From NCBI GenBank assembly GCA_964646805.1, contig CAZYFL010000001.1, positions 1-30,731 of the forward strand: a stretch of 30,731 bases of DNA, read 5' to 3'. The translations under genes and the position numbers were made by a program. Origin of the DNA: an uncultured Elusimicrobiaceae bacterium. GTDB lineage: Bacteria; Elusimicrobiota; Elusimicrobia; Elusimicrobiales; UBA9959. Under the pieces are notes generated by a model. The model was not told where the DNA came from and did not search any database. It saw nothing but the letters and a program-made list of their open reading frames with translations. Of this stretch, positions 15,870 to 24,086 are shown piece by piece (positions within the stretch are counted from its first letter, which is position 1; the number at the start of each line of letters is the position of its first letter).

Positions 15870-16726
15870 CTAGCCTGAAAGTTTCAGTTGGCTCGTCTCA
15901 CCGGCGAAAGCCGGTGTCCAGATTCCGACGAGACCTGGATTCCGGCTTTCGCCGGAATGACGGAATAAAAAAATCCGACCCAGCCCGACGATTATGTCAC
16001 TCCAACTGCAATTTTCAGGCTAGTGTTGACCCCAGGCCTTCCGTAATAGAAGAGCGGCTTAAAAAGGTAAAGCGGATCATTGCCGTTACCGGCTGGAAGG
16101 GCGGCATAGGCAAGAGCGTAATTGCCTGCGCGCTGGCGCTGCTGCTTGCAAAAAAGGGCTATAAAACGGGCCTGTTTGATTTGGACTTCGCCGGGGCTTC
16201 CGACCATATAATACTGGGAGCCGGAGGGCTGTTTCCAAAAGAGGAAAAAGGCCTTGAACCGCCGTTGTTTGAAGGCGTGAAGTTTATGTCGGTGGTCTTT
16301 TTCTCGGAGAACAAGGCCGTGCCGCTGCGCGGGGCAAATGTTTCCGACGCAATAATAGAACTGCTGGCTATAACGCAGTGGGGGGAACTGGACTTCCTGG
16401 TGCTGGACATGCCGCCCGGCATAAACGACGCCGCGCTGGATGTCCTGCGCTTCGCGGGAAAGGCCGAAGTGCTGGCCGTGACCACGCCTTCAGTGATAGC
16501 CCGCGACGTGCTGGCGCGGTCGCTGGTTCTTTATCGCGGGCTTAAAGCGCCGGTGCTGGGTGTGTTGGAGAACATGGCGCGCGGCCCGGCGCCAAAGGGC
16601 ATCGCAGCCCGCCTGCGCTTTGATCCCGGGCTTGAAGCGGCGCTTGGCCATCCCGCCGCCCTGATAAAAACCGCTTTTTGCCGCGACCTGATTAGCGCGC
16701 TTAAGATACTTAAACTGGAAGAGTGA
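15866..16726 (+). CDS. hypB: ATPase-type HypB (Mrp/MinD family P-loop ATPase) carrying an in-frame 50-codon MITE insertion
   Basis: DPR..IEERLKKVKRIIAV, deviant Walker A WKGGIGKS, LDLDFAGASDHIILG, PLRG..VSDAIIELL.IT.W.ELDFLVLDMPPG, VLENM. Lacks the CXXC of Fe-S carrier Mrp/ApbC. ATGA-coupled to hypA. Confidence 0.8.
   Translation: MTSLKVSVGSSHRRKPVSRFRRDLDSGFRRNDGIKKSDPARRLCHSNCNFQASVDPRPSVIEERLKKVKRIIAVTGWKGGIGKSVIACALALLLAKKGYKTGLFDLDFAGASDHIILGAGGLFPKEEKGLEPPLFEGVKFMSVVFFSENKAVPLRGANVSDAIIELLAITQWGELDFLVLDMPPGINDAALDVLRFAGKAEVLAVTTPSVIARDVLARSLVLYRGLKAPVLGVLENMARGPAPKGIAARLRFDPGLEAALGHPAALIKTAFCRDLISALKILKLEE
15870..16023. mobile_element. MITE-like element (146 bp plus CTAG duplication) inserted in frame in hypB
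   Basis: ACTAGCCTGAAAGTTTCAGTTGG (15869-15891) and CCAACTGCAATTTTCAGGCTAGT (16002-16024) form a 23-bp inverted repeat with 2 mismatches. CTAG occurs at both ends (15870-15873, 16020-16023). Deleting 150 nt restores ATG ACT AGT GTT GAC CCC AGG (MTSVDPR). Confidence 0.75.
15894..15962. repeat. REP-like palindromic element nested inside the MITE
   Basis: CCGGCGAAAGCCGGtgTCCAG (15901-15921) pairs with CTGGATTCCGGCTTTCGCCGG (15935-15955), with outer CGTC/GACG. Translates as LDSGFRRND, a peptide typical of this palindrome class. Confidence 0.75.
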
Positions 16727-16755
16727 GAATCTTTGTTGAGGCTATGGTTGACGCC

Positions 16756-17274
16756 CTATTTTACTATCTCCCAACTGATGGATAAAGTAATCCTTTCATC
16801 GCTTACCACAACATCCACTTTCTTTGCGCCGTCTTTTGTTCTCTGGTAAGCTTCCGCCATCACATATTGGACTGAATGCATATTCCTGGGAAACATTTCA
16901 ACAACCTTAAAGATTTTAGGATCGCTATCGCCTCTGACCGCCCAATAACTGAAGATCCGGCAACTTCTGTCGTCTTTTTCTACGTTTGCCGATACGGCCC
17001 CTGCCTTCAATCGGCGATACGCTTCGGCCATAAGCGCCTGGTAGGGCGTAGATGCGGGTAATTTTTCTATGCTCAGCATGGTACCGGGTTTATATGTCGC
17101 GGGCATTGGTCCAATTTTTTCCGCAACCTTAACCATTGCAGACGCTGAAGGAACGGCATTTTCCAGCGCCGCCGATGGAACCGCTGATTTAAGTTCCTCA
17201 ATTGCGCTTTCGGAAGCATAAGAGTTTCCAAAAGCTGTTATCGCAAGAACTGCTACAAAGAATACTTTTTTCAT
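16756..17274 (-). CDS. Secreted hypothetical protein with an internal duplication
   Basis: Signal peptide MKKVFFVAVLAITAFGNSYA. Repeats LMAEAYRRLKAGA and VMAEAYQRTKDGA. RBS GGGAGG. Confidence 0.75.
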   Translation of the reverse strand: MKKVFFVAVLAITAFGNSYASESAIEELKSAVPSAALENAVPSASAMVKVAEKIGPMPATYKPGTMLSIEKLPASTPYQALMAEAYRRLKAGAVSANVEKDDRSCRIFSYWAVRGDSDPKIFKVVEMFPRNMHSVQYVMAEAYQRTKDGAKKVDVVVSDERITLSISWEIVK

Positions 17275-17474
17275 AAGACCTCCCAGTGTTTAGCAATACA
17301 CATAGTCTAGCGCAAACAGGGTTTGCGCGTCAGGGTATAAGGGCTCTTTAACTTACGATAACTGCTTGTTTTGTGTGGGTCTTTTGACTGGGCCGCCAGG
17401 CCTATCTACCATGGGTCTTTGTGCCCAATCCAGGAGCCTGCGCGCGGTCTCTTGTCGTTCCCGGAAGCAGCGGC

Positions 17475-18317
17475 TTACAGGGAAGGGGCCGGCGCCAGCG
17501 CCAGGCAGTAGTTTTTAAGGATAAATTTTTCAGAACCGGGAGTGATTCTGCGGAGCTTGCAGACATCGGAGTTGGGGGGACAGAACCGGGCGAGTTCGTT
17601 ATTGGCGGCTGCGTGGCCGGGGCAGTTATCGCAGATGGCGGTCAGAGTTTTCAGGACATGTTTACGTTTCTCTTCCTGCAGTAAACCTAAAAATTTCTTA
17701 ACATCGTCCTTCATGCGGCCGGCGAAGGTGCGCGTGGGATAAACCAGGCTGAGGCGCGGCTTGCACAGTTTCGGCCAGGAATCCACAGCGGCGCCGCCGC
17801 CGTCAAAAATAATCTGAGTGCGGCTTATTACCAGCGCCCGATCGGCAGCGGGGGCGGGGAAGGCGGGGGAATACCTGCTGTGCGAGGTGAAGCCGGCGAA
17901 GAGGTGGTAATCGGACATGCAGGCCGAAATATCAGGATAGACACGCTCGCGCTCCGGGCCGGTTATGAAGGCGCCTTTAACGTCGCCCTCGCCCACAAAA
18001 AAGAAACCGAGTACTCCAGGGCGCATAAGACCGGCCATTACTTCGTCCGCGCTAAGGCCTGTGTGGCCTTCCACCGCGGCGTTCGGGTAAAGTACGGGGA
18101 GCCCGTCGGAGAGCATTGCCCCGACGTCTCCGCAGGCTTTGCCGCTTATCACGTCCTTCATCTTGCCGCCGGGAGAGCAACTGCCCAGGTACACCAGGAA
18201 TTTCCCGGAAGCGCAGAAATTTATGGGCGGGGGTTCGGCGGCCCGTGTGCCGAAGGGTTTAAATTCCGCCTGGGCCGGGGAGACGAGCAGGGCAAGGAAA
18301 AGCAACGTCTTATACAT
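17475..18317 (-). CDS. Secreted Cys-rich hypothetical protein
   Basis: Signal peptide MYKTLLFLALLVSPAQA. 280 aa, about 10 Cys, no family recognised. Confidence 0.7.
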   Translation of the reverse strand: MYKTLLFLALLVSPAQAEFKPFGTRAAEPPPINFCASGKFLVYLGSCSPGGKMKDVISGKACGDVGAMLSDGLPVLYPNAAVEGHTGLSADEVMAGLMRPGVLGFFFVGEGDVKGAFITGPERERVYPDISACMSDYHLFAGFTSHSRYSPAFPAPAADRALVISRTQIIFDGGGAAVDSWPKLCKPRLSLVYPTRTFAGRMKDDVKKFLGLLQEEKRKHVLKTLTAICDNCPGHAAANNELARFCPPNSDVCKLRRITPGSEKFILKNYCLALAPAPSL

Positions 18318-18369
18318 AGGTTCGCGTCATATACGTGAAACAGCGGTCCCCATCATAGTACAAAAATTT

Positions 18370-18378
18370 TGTTATAAT
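18370..18378 (+). promoter_or_regulatory. Extended -10 promoter element for atoDA
   Basis: TG-T-TATAAT, 32 nt upstream of the ATG at 18411, with GGAGGG RBS. Confidence 0.55.
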
Positions 18379-18410
18379 TAGATTTAAGAAATCCTGCGGC
18401 CGGAGGGACG

Positions 18411-19082
18411 ATGAAACCAGTCAGGACTCCTCAACAGGCGGTAGAGAATATAAAAGACGGGGCATCTATAATGGTCGGCGGATTTATTTCCTGCGGGCGC
18501 CCCACAGCCGTCCTTGAAGCCATCCTTGAAAAAGGGATAAAAAACCTTACCATCATCTCCAACGACACCTCAAAAGAGGAAACCGGTATCGTCAGGCTCG
18601 TTATGGAGGGAAGGGTTTCAAAATTCATAGGTTCCTACATCGGGATGAACCGGATAATGAGTGAAAAAATGAAATCAGGGGAAGTGGAAATTGAGCTCGT
18701 GCCCCAGGGTACTTTTGTGGAAAGGATCAGGGCGGCAGGGGCAGGTCTCGGAGGAGTTCTCACCCCCACGGGGCTTGGCACCGCGATTGAGCGGGGAAAG
18801 GAAACGCTGACGATAGACGGCCGCAGGTTCCTGCTTGAAAAACCCCTGAAAGCGGATTTCGCGATTGTTAAAGCGAACAAAGCCGATAAATACGGCAATG
18901 CCTTCGCTTCCGGCTCCTCAAAAAATTTCAACGTCGCCATGTCAATGGCTGCCGACTATGTGATACTTGAAGCGGAAGAGATCGTGGAACCGGGGGAGCT
19001 TGACCCTGAAAAAGTGACCTTCCCATGCGTTTTTATTGATATGCTGGTGCCGGTATCAAAGGGGGGGAACCGGAATGGATGA
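18411..19082 (+). CDS. atoD: Family I CoA-transferase subunit A (acetate/acetoacetate CoA-transferase alpha)
   Basis: IKDGASIMVGGF, KNLTIISND, ELVPQGTFVERIRAAGAGLGGVLTPTGLGT, LEKPLKADFAIVKA. Confidence 0.88.
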   Translation: MKPVRTPQQAVENIKDGASIMVGGFISCGRPTAVLEAILEKGIKNLTIISNDTSKEETGIVRLVMEGRVSKFIGSYIGMNRIMSEKMKSGEVEIELVPQGTFVERIRAAGAGLGGVLTPTGLGTAIERGKETLTIDGRRFLLEKPLKADFAIVKANKADKYGNAFASGSSKNFNVAMSMAADYVILEAEEIVEPGELDPEKVTFPCVFIDMLVPVSKGGNRNG

Positions 19083-19728
19083 TAATATGAGATGCAGGAT
19101 AGCCAGGAGAATAGCCAGGGAATTACCCGGGAACTCAATAGTCAACCTCGGCATCGGGATACCCACCCTGGTCGCTGATTTTATACCCAAAGACAAAGGG
19201 ATACTTTTGCATTCCGAGAACGGGTTTATCGGCCTGGGCGCGGCTCCCGAGCCCGGCAAAGAAGACCCCAATCTTGTGAATGCCGGCGGCCAGGCCGCCA
19301 CCCTCCTGCCGGGAGGATGCTGTTTTGATTCGTCCATGTCTTTCGCGATAGTGCGCGGGAAACACCTGGATTACACAATACTGGGCGCCCTGGAAGTGGA
19401 CGAGGAGGGCAACCTAGCCAACTATACGATCCCGGGAAAATTCGTCCCCGGCATAGGCGGGGCAATGGACCTCTCCGTAGGCGCTAAGAACGTTGTGATC
19501 GCCATGGAACACATGAACAAACACGGTGAGCCGAAGATAGTAAAGAAATGCTCCCTTCCGCTCACTGCGCCGCGGGAAGTAAACCTTATTGTCACCGAGC
19601 TGGCCTTTATAAGGGTTACGCCTGCGGGCCTGGCGCTGGAAGAAATTGCCGAGGACACGACGGTGGAGGAAGTGATAAAGAACACCGGCGCCAGACTTAT
19701 AATAGCGGAAACCCCTGGCCGCTTTTAA
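19075..19728 (+). CDS. atoA: Family I CoA-transferase subunit B
   Basis: Start at ATG 19075. IARRIAREL, VNLGIGIPT, catalytic SENG, GKHLDYTILGALEVD, GIGGAMDL. Confidence 0.88.
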   Translation: MDDNMRCRIARRIARELPGNSIVNLGIGIPTLVADFIPKDKGILLHSENGFIGLGAAPEPGKEDPNLVNAGGQAATLLPGGCCFDSSMSFAIVRGKHLDYTILGALEVDEEGNLANYTIPGKFVPGIGGAMDLSVGAKNVVIAMEHMNKHGEPKIVKKCSLPLTAPREVNLIVTELAFIRVTPAGLALEEIAEDTTVEEVIKNTGARLIIAETPGRF

Positions 19729-19791
19729 GGATTTTAATATCTTTTCCGGCAAGACCAAGATGTCGGTGAAGACCCGAGAGGGAGGAAACCT

Positions 19792-20724
19792 GTGAGCAAC
19801 GAAGTTATTCTCTGGATCGTTTTTAACGTGGTAGTCGCCGGCCTGCTTTATGTGGATCTTAAGGTCATCAACCGCCACGCCCACGTAGTTCCTTTCCGCG
19901 AGGCCGCTTTCTGGAGCGTCGTCTGGATAAGCCTGGCTCTTCTCTTTAATTTCGGGATTTACCACTTTCTGGGCAGGCAAAAAGCCCTGGAATTTCTGAC
20001 AGGTTATATCATTGAAGAAAGCCTCTCGGTGGACAACCTGTTCGTTTTTATCATGATCTTCAGACACTTCGGCATAGAAGCCAAGTACCAGCCCCGCATC
20101 CTCCACTGGGGCATTCTCGGCGCTCTGGTAATGCGCCTTGTTATGATTCTGGCGGGGGCGCATATCTTCAACGCTTTCCACTGGATCATCTATGTATTCG
20201 GGGCGTTCCTTATCTATACCGGAATCAGAATGGGCATGGCCGGGGAGCAGAGGCTTGAGCCGGAAGAAAACGCCGTTCTCCGCCTTTTCAGGAAGTTCCT
20301 TCCGTTCACCAAAGAGATCTCCGGCGAGAGCTTCTTCGTCAGGAACGGCGGCGTCTGGCGCGCGACCCCGCTTTTCGCGGCCCTCATCGTGGTGGAGGCC
20401 TCGGACCTTATCTTCGCGGTGGATTCCATCCCCGCTATCCTGGCTATAACGACCGACACCTTCATTGTTTACACTTCCAACGTCTTCGCTATACTGGGTT
20501 TGAGGGCGCTTTACTTCCTCCTGGCCGGCGTCATGGATATGTTCCGGTATCTGAAAATCGGCCTTTCGGTCATCCTTTGCTATGTAGGAATAAAGATGCT
20601 CCTGACGGATGTTTATAAGATACACACTGGCATCTCGCTGGGAATCGTGCTCGGAATTTTAGCCCTGTCGGTACTGGCCTCCGTTATGATCAGAAAAAAA
20701 CAGGAAGAAGCCAGCCCCTATTAG
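19792..20724 (+). CDS. TerC/Alx family integral membrane protein
   Basis: GYIIEESLSVDNLFVF, ILHWGILGALVMR, EASDLIFAVDSIPAILAIT, TSNVFAILGLRALYF. GTG start with GGAGG RBS. Confidence 0.92.
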   Translation: MSNEVILWIVFNVVVAGLLYVDLKVINRHAHVVPFREAAFWSVVWISLALLFNFGIYHFLGRQKALEFLTGYIIEESLSVDNLFVFIMIFRHFGIEAKYQPRILHWGILGALVMRLVMILAGAHIFNAFHWIIYVFGAFLIYTGIRMGMAGEQRLEPEENAVLRLFRKFLPFTKEISGESFFVRNGGVWRATPLFAALIVVEASDLIFAVDSIPAILAITTDTFIVYTSNVFAILGLRALYFLLAGVMDMFRYLKIGLSVILCYVGIKMLLTDVYKIHTGISLGIVLGILALSVLASVMIRKKQEEASPY

Positions 20725-20730
20725 CGTTCA

Positions 20731-20759
20731 TTGACAACAAAATCAACTTGTGATATAAC
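20731..20759 (+). promoter_or_regulatory. Sigma70 promoter of the dehydrogenase-lyase-CoA transferase-dehydratase operon
   Basis: TTGACA (20731-20736), 17 nt, TG-A-TATAAC (-10 at 20754-20759). RBS AGGAGG before ATG 20803. Confidence 0.75.
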
Positions 20760-20802
20760 CAAAGGAACAGAGCGCATTAATTCTATAGGAGGTCTCCAGA
20801 AT

Positions 20803-21939
20803 ATGAGCAGAAAATACAGGATAGCGTGGCTGCCGGGCGACGGTGTAGGCGTGGAAGTGATGGAAGCGGCGAAAATAGTCCTTGACCGCGTTGAGCTTGA
20901 CGCTGAATACATCCACGGCGATATCGGGTGGGAGTTCTGGCGCAGGGAAGGCGACGCTTTCCCTGGCCGTACCGTGGACCTGCTCAAGAGCGTGAACGCA
21001 GCCATGTTCGGCGCCATCACTTCCAAACCTGTAAAGGAAGCCGAGAAGGAACTGATACCCTCGCTGCAGGGCAAGGGCATGGTTTACCGCTCGCCCATAG
21101 TGCGTATGCGCCAGATGTTTGACCTCTACATCTGCCTGCGGCCCTGTAAGGCCTATCCGAAGAACCCGCTCAACTACAAAGAGGGGATAGATATAACGGT
21201 GTTCCGTGAGAACACCGAGGATCTCTATGTGGGTGTGGAATTTAACCCCGTGCCCGATAAACTGCGCGACACGCTTGCGGAACTCGCTCCCGCGTTCAAG
21301 GCGTTCAAGGATCTTAATGGCGGCGATTACGCTATCTCCTGCAAGATAAACACGAGGAAGGGCTCGGAACGTATTGTGCGCGCCGCGTTTGAATTCGCCC
21401 GCAAGTTCAACCGCAAGAAGGTCACTGTAGTGCATAAGGCCAACGTAGTGCGCGCAACGGACGGCCTCTTCCTGGAAACGGCGAAAGCCGTGGCGAAGGA
21501 TTACCCTGAGATAAAGATGGACGACGCGAATATTGACGCTATGACCATGTGGCTGCTTAAGAACCCGTTTGGCTACGACGTGCTGGTAGCCCCTAACCTT
21601 TACGGCGACATAATCTCGGACCTGAGCGCGCAGATGGTGGGCGGACTGGGCTTCGGCTGCTCGGCAAATATAGGCGCGAAGCTCGCGGTGTTTGAACCCT
21701 CTCACGGCTCGGCTCCCAAATACGCGGGACAATACAAAGTAAACCCCATCGCCACCATCCTGGCGGCTAAGATGATGCTTGACTGGCTGGGTGAAACCGC
21801 CAGGGCGAAACTTATAGAAGACGCGGTAGCCGAGGTGATAGCCGAGGGCAAAGCGCGCACCTATGATATGGGCGGCTCCGCCACCACTATAGGGATGGCG
21901 CGGGCTATAGCTGATAAGTGCGTGGTAGCTGCAAAATGA
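20803..21939 (+). CDS. Isocitrate/isopropylmalate dehydrogenase family protein, homoisocitrate-dehydrogenase-like
   Basis: IAWLPGDGVGVEV, FGAITS, RSPIVRMRQMFDLYICLRP, FRENTEDLY, VTVVHKANV, PNLYGDIISDL, FEPSHGSAPKYAG. Start taken at ATG 20803. Confidence 0.88.
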   Translation: MSRKYRIAWLPGDGVGVEVMEAAKIVLDRVELDAEYIHGDIGWEFWRREGDAFPGRTVDLLKSVNAAMFGAITSKPVKEAEKELIPSLQGKGMVYRSPIVRMRQMFDLYICLRPCKAYPKNPLNYKEGIDITVFRENTEDLYVGVEFNPVPDKLRDTLAELAPAFKAFKDLNGGDYAISCKINTRKGSERIVRAAFEFARKFNRKKVTVVHKANVVRATDGLFLETAKAVAKDYPEIKMDDANIDAMTMWLLKNPFGYDVLVAPNLYGDIISDLSAQMVGGLGFGCSANIGAKLAVFEPSHGSAPKYAGQYKVNPIATILAAKMMLDWLGETARAKLIEDAVAEVIAEGKARTYDMGGSATTIGMARAIADKCVVAAK

Positions 21940-22859
21940 CGGACACGGCGCGGCCCTCAAAAGCCCTCCTGCTTCACGAGGTTGGGCTGCGGGACGGCCT
22001 GCAGATGGAAAGCCGGGTCGTCCCTCTTGAAAAGAAAGCGGCCTGGCTCGCCGACCTGATGGGATCCGGTGTGGACGTAATCCAGGCAGGCTCGTTTGTC
22101 CACCCCGGGAAAGTTCCCCAGATGGCGGATACGGACGAATTGTTCCGTCGGTTCACGTCGGATAAAAAATCTCCGGCTGTCCTGTCAGGACTGGTACTTA
22201 ACGAAAAAGGACTGGAGCGCGGGCTCGCCTGCGGCGTTGAGCTGTTCTGTATGGGCGCTTCCGCCAGCGAAACCCACAGCCTCAAGAACACCGGTATGGG
22301 AACCGACGAAGCCGTCCCGCGCATTATCGCCGCTGCGAAAACAGCGGCAGCCGCCGGCAAAAAAGTGCAGGTATCAGTCCAATCCGCGTTCGGTTGCGGT
22401 TTTGAGGGCCGGATTCCAGAGGAGCGCGTACTGAAAATTGTGCGCGCTTATGTTGAAGCGGGCTTGCGCAATATCAGCCTTGCCGATACCGCAGGGCACG
22501 CCCACCCGGCTCAGGTGGAGCGCATGTTCAGCGCTGTTCTGGCGCTGGATCCGGAAGTAGACTGCGCCTGCCATTTCCATAACACCTATGGGCTGGGCAT
22601 GGCTAATATATTCGCGGCTATGCGGGCCGGTGTCACCTCGTTTGAGACGTCATTTGCCGGCCTCGGCGGTTGCCCTTTTACCAAAGTGGCAGCCGGCAAC
22701 GTGGCTACCGAGGACTTCGTCCATGTCCTTCAACTGGAAGGGTTGCGCAAAGAAGTCAGCCTGGACCGTCTGCTTGCCGTAGCCCGCGACGCAGCCTCAT
22801 ATTTCGGTCGCGACATGCAGGGTTTCGTATACAAGACAGGGGCGATACCAGGCATTTAA
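21936..22859 (+). CDS. Hydroxymethylglutaryl-CoA lyase-like (DRE-TIM metallolyase)
   Basis: HEVGLRDGLQ, SLADTAG, HFHNTYG, GLGGCPF..AAGNVATED. ATGA overlap at 21936. Confidence 0.88.
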   Translation: MTDTARPSKALLLHEVGLRDGLQMESRVVPLEKKAAWLADLMGSGVDVIQAGSFVHPGKVPQMADTDELFRRFTSDKKSPAVLSGLVLNEKGLERGLACGVELFCMGASASETHSLKNTGMGTDEAVPRIIAAAKTAAAAGKKVQVSVQSAFGCGFEGRIPEERVLKIVRAYVEAGLRNISLADTAGHAHPAQVERMFSAVLALDPEVDCACHFHNTYGLGMANIFAAMRAGVTSFETSFAGLGGCPFTKVAAGNVATEDFVHVLQLEGLRKEVSLDRLLAVARDAASYFGRDMQGFVYKTGAIPGI

Positions 22860-22868
22860 GGAGCGAGT

Positions 22869-24068
22869 ATGAGCAAACAGATCCTTTCCGGAGTGAGGGT
22901 GCTTGACCTTACTAATGTACTGTCGGGACCTTTCGCCACTCTCCACCTCGCGCTGCTCGGCGCCGAGGTAATAAAAATTGAGAATCCCAAAGACGGAGAC
23001 CTCGCCCGCAAGCTGGGCGTGATGCCGGCCCTGAACGACCAGCTGATGGGCACGAGCTTTCTGGCCCAGAACGCCAATAAAAAATCGGTAACCCTGAACA
23101 CCAAGACCAGCGAAGGCAGGGAAATCTTCAGGAAACTGGCGAAGACCGCGGATGTGCTGGTGGAGAATTTCCGCCCCGACGTGATGGACCGCCTGGGCCT
23201 CGGCTACAAAACCCTTTCCGGAATCAATCCCCGCCTAGTGTACTGCTCCATTTCAGGCTTCGGGCAGACGGGCCCCGACGCTTTCAAGCCCGCTTATGAC
23301 CAGATTATTCAGGGACTGAGCGGCGTCATGGACATCAACGGCGACGAGCGCCTGAACCCGTTGCGCGCGGGCTTCCCGATATGTGATACGGTGGGGGGGC
23401 TAAATGCCGCTTTCGCGATAATGGCGGCCCTCTATCATCGCGAACACAGCGGGAAGGGGCAGTTCATAGATATAGCCATGCTGGATTCCATAATGCCCCT
23501 GATGGGTTGGGTGGCGGCGAACCTGCTTATCGCCGGTCAGAAGCCGGCGCCGATGGGCAACGACAATTTCACCGCCGCCCCCTCGGGGACGTTCAAAACC
23601 CTGGACGGCTACATTAACATAGCCGCCAACAAGCAGGAACAGTGGGAATCGCTCTGCGACGTAGTAGGAATAGTTGACCTGAAGGCGGACCCCCGCTTTG
23701 AAAAACGCGACATTCGCAAGAAGAATCGCAAGCTCCTGACTCCGCTGATAGAAGAAAAACTCGCGCAGCGTTCCACGGCGGAGTGGGTGGATCTTCTCAA
23801 TGCCAAAGATGTGCCGAGCGGAGCTATTTTAAGTCTGGAAGCCGCCCTGAACCAGCCCCAGATAAGACACAGGGCGATACTTAAAGAGGTAACGGAGCAA
23901 GGCATCGGAACTCTTAAACTGTTCGGGCTTGCGGCCCAGTTTTCCGATACGCCGGGCGAACTTAACGCGCCGCCCCCGCGCCTTTCGGCCCACACGGCGG
24001 AAGTTCTTGCGGCCCTCGGCATAAAGGATGAAGAGTTTGCAGCCCTGAAAGCGAATAAAATTATCTGA
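22869..24068 (+). CDS. Family III (CaiB/BaiF) CoA-transferase
   Basis: LSGVRVLDL, SGPFATLHLALLGAEVIKIE, NANKKSVTLN, DVLVENFRP, ISGFGQTGP, AYDQIIQGLSG, catalytic Asp in ICDTVGG. Confidence 0.92.
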   Translation: MSKQILSGVRVLDLTNVLSGPFATLHLALLGAEVIKIENPKDGDLARKLGVMPALNDQLMGTSFLAQNANKKSVTLNTKTSEGREIFRKLAKTADVLVENFRPDVMDRLGLGYKTLSGINPRLVYCSISGFGQTGPDAFKPAYDQIIQGLSGVMDINGDERLNPLRAGFPICDTVGGLNAAFAIMAALYHREHSGKGQFIDIAMLDSIMPLMGWVAANLLIAGQKPAPMGNDNFTAAPSGTFKTLDGYINIAANKQEQWESLCDVVGIVDLKADPRFEKRDIRKKNRKLLTPLIEEKLAQRSTAEWVDLLNAKDVPSGAILSLEAALNQPQIRHRAILKEVTEQGIGTLKLFGLAAQFSDTPGELNAPPPRLSAHTAEVLAALGIKDEEFAALKANKII

Positions 24069-24086
24069 GATTGGAGACTGAGCGCT

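Noticed and set aside
19729-19791. Possible yybP-ykoY (Mn2+) riboswitch upstream of the TerC gene
   Set aside because: Only a GGCAAGACC fragment resembles the motif. The 5' GGGGAGUAGC part is missing and the 63-nt gap is too short. An Rfam scan would settle it.
19414-21960. Long antisense ORFs (403 aa and 405 aa) opposite terC and the dehydrogenase
   Set aside because: No motifs. They are expected shadow ORFs of GC3-rich genes. The same applies to the many shorter antisense ORFs in the track.
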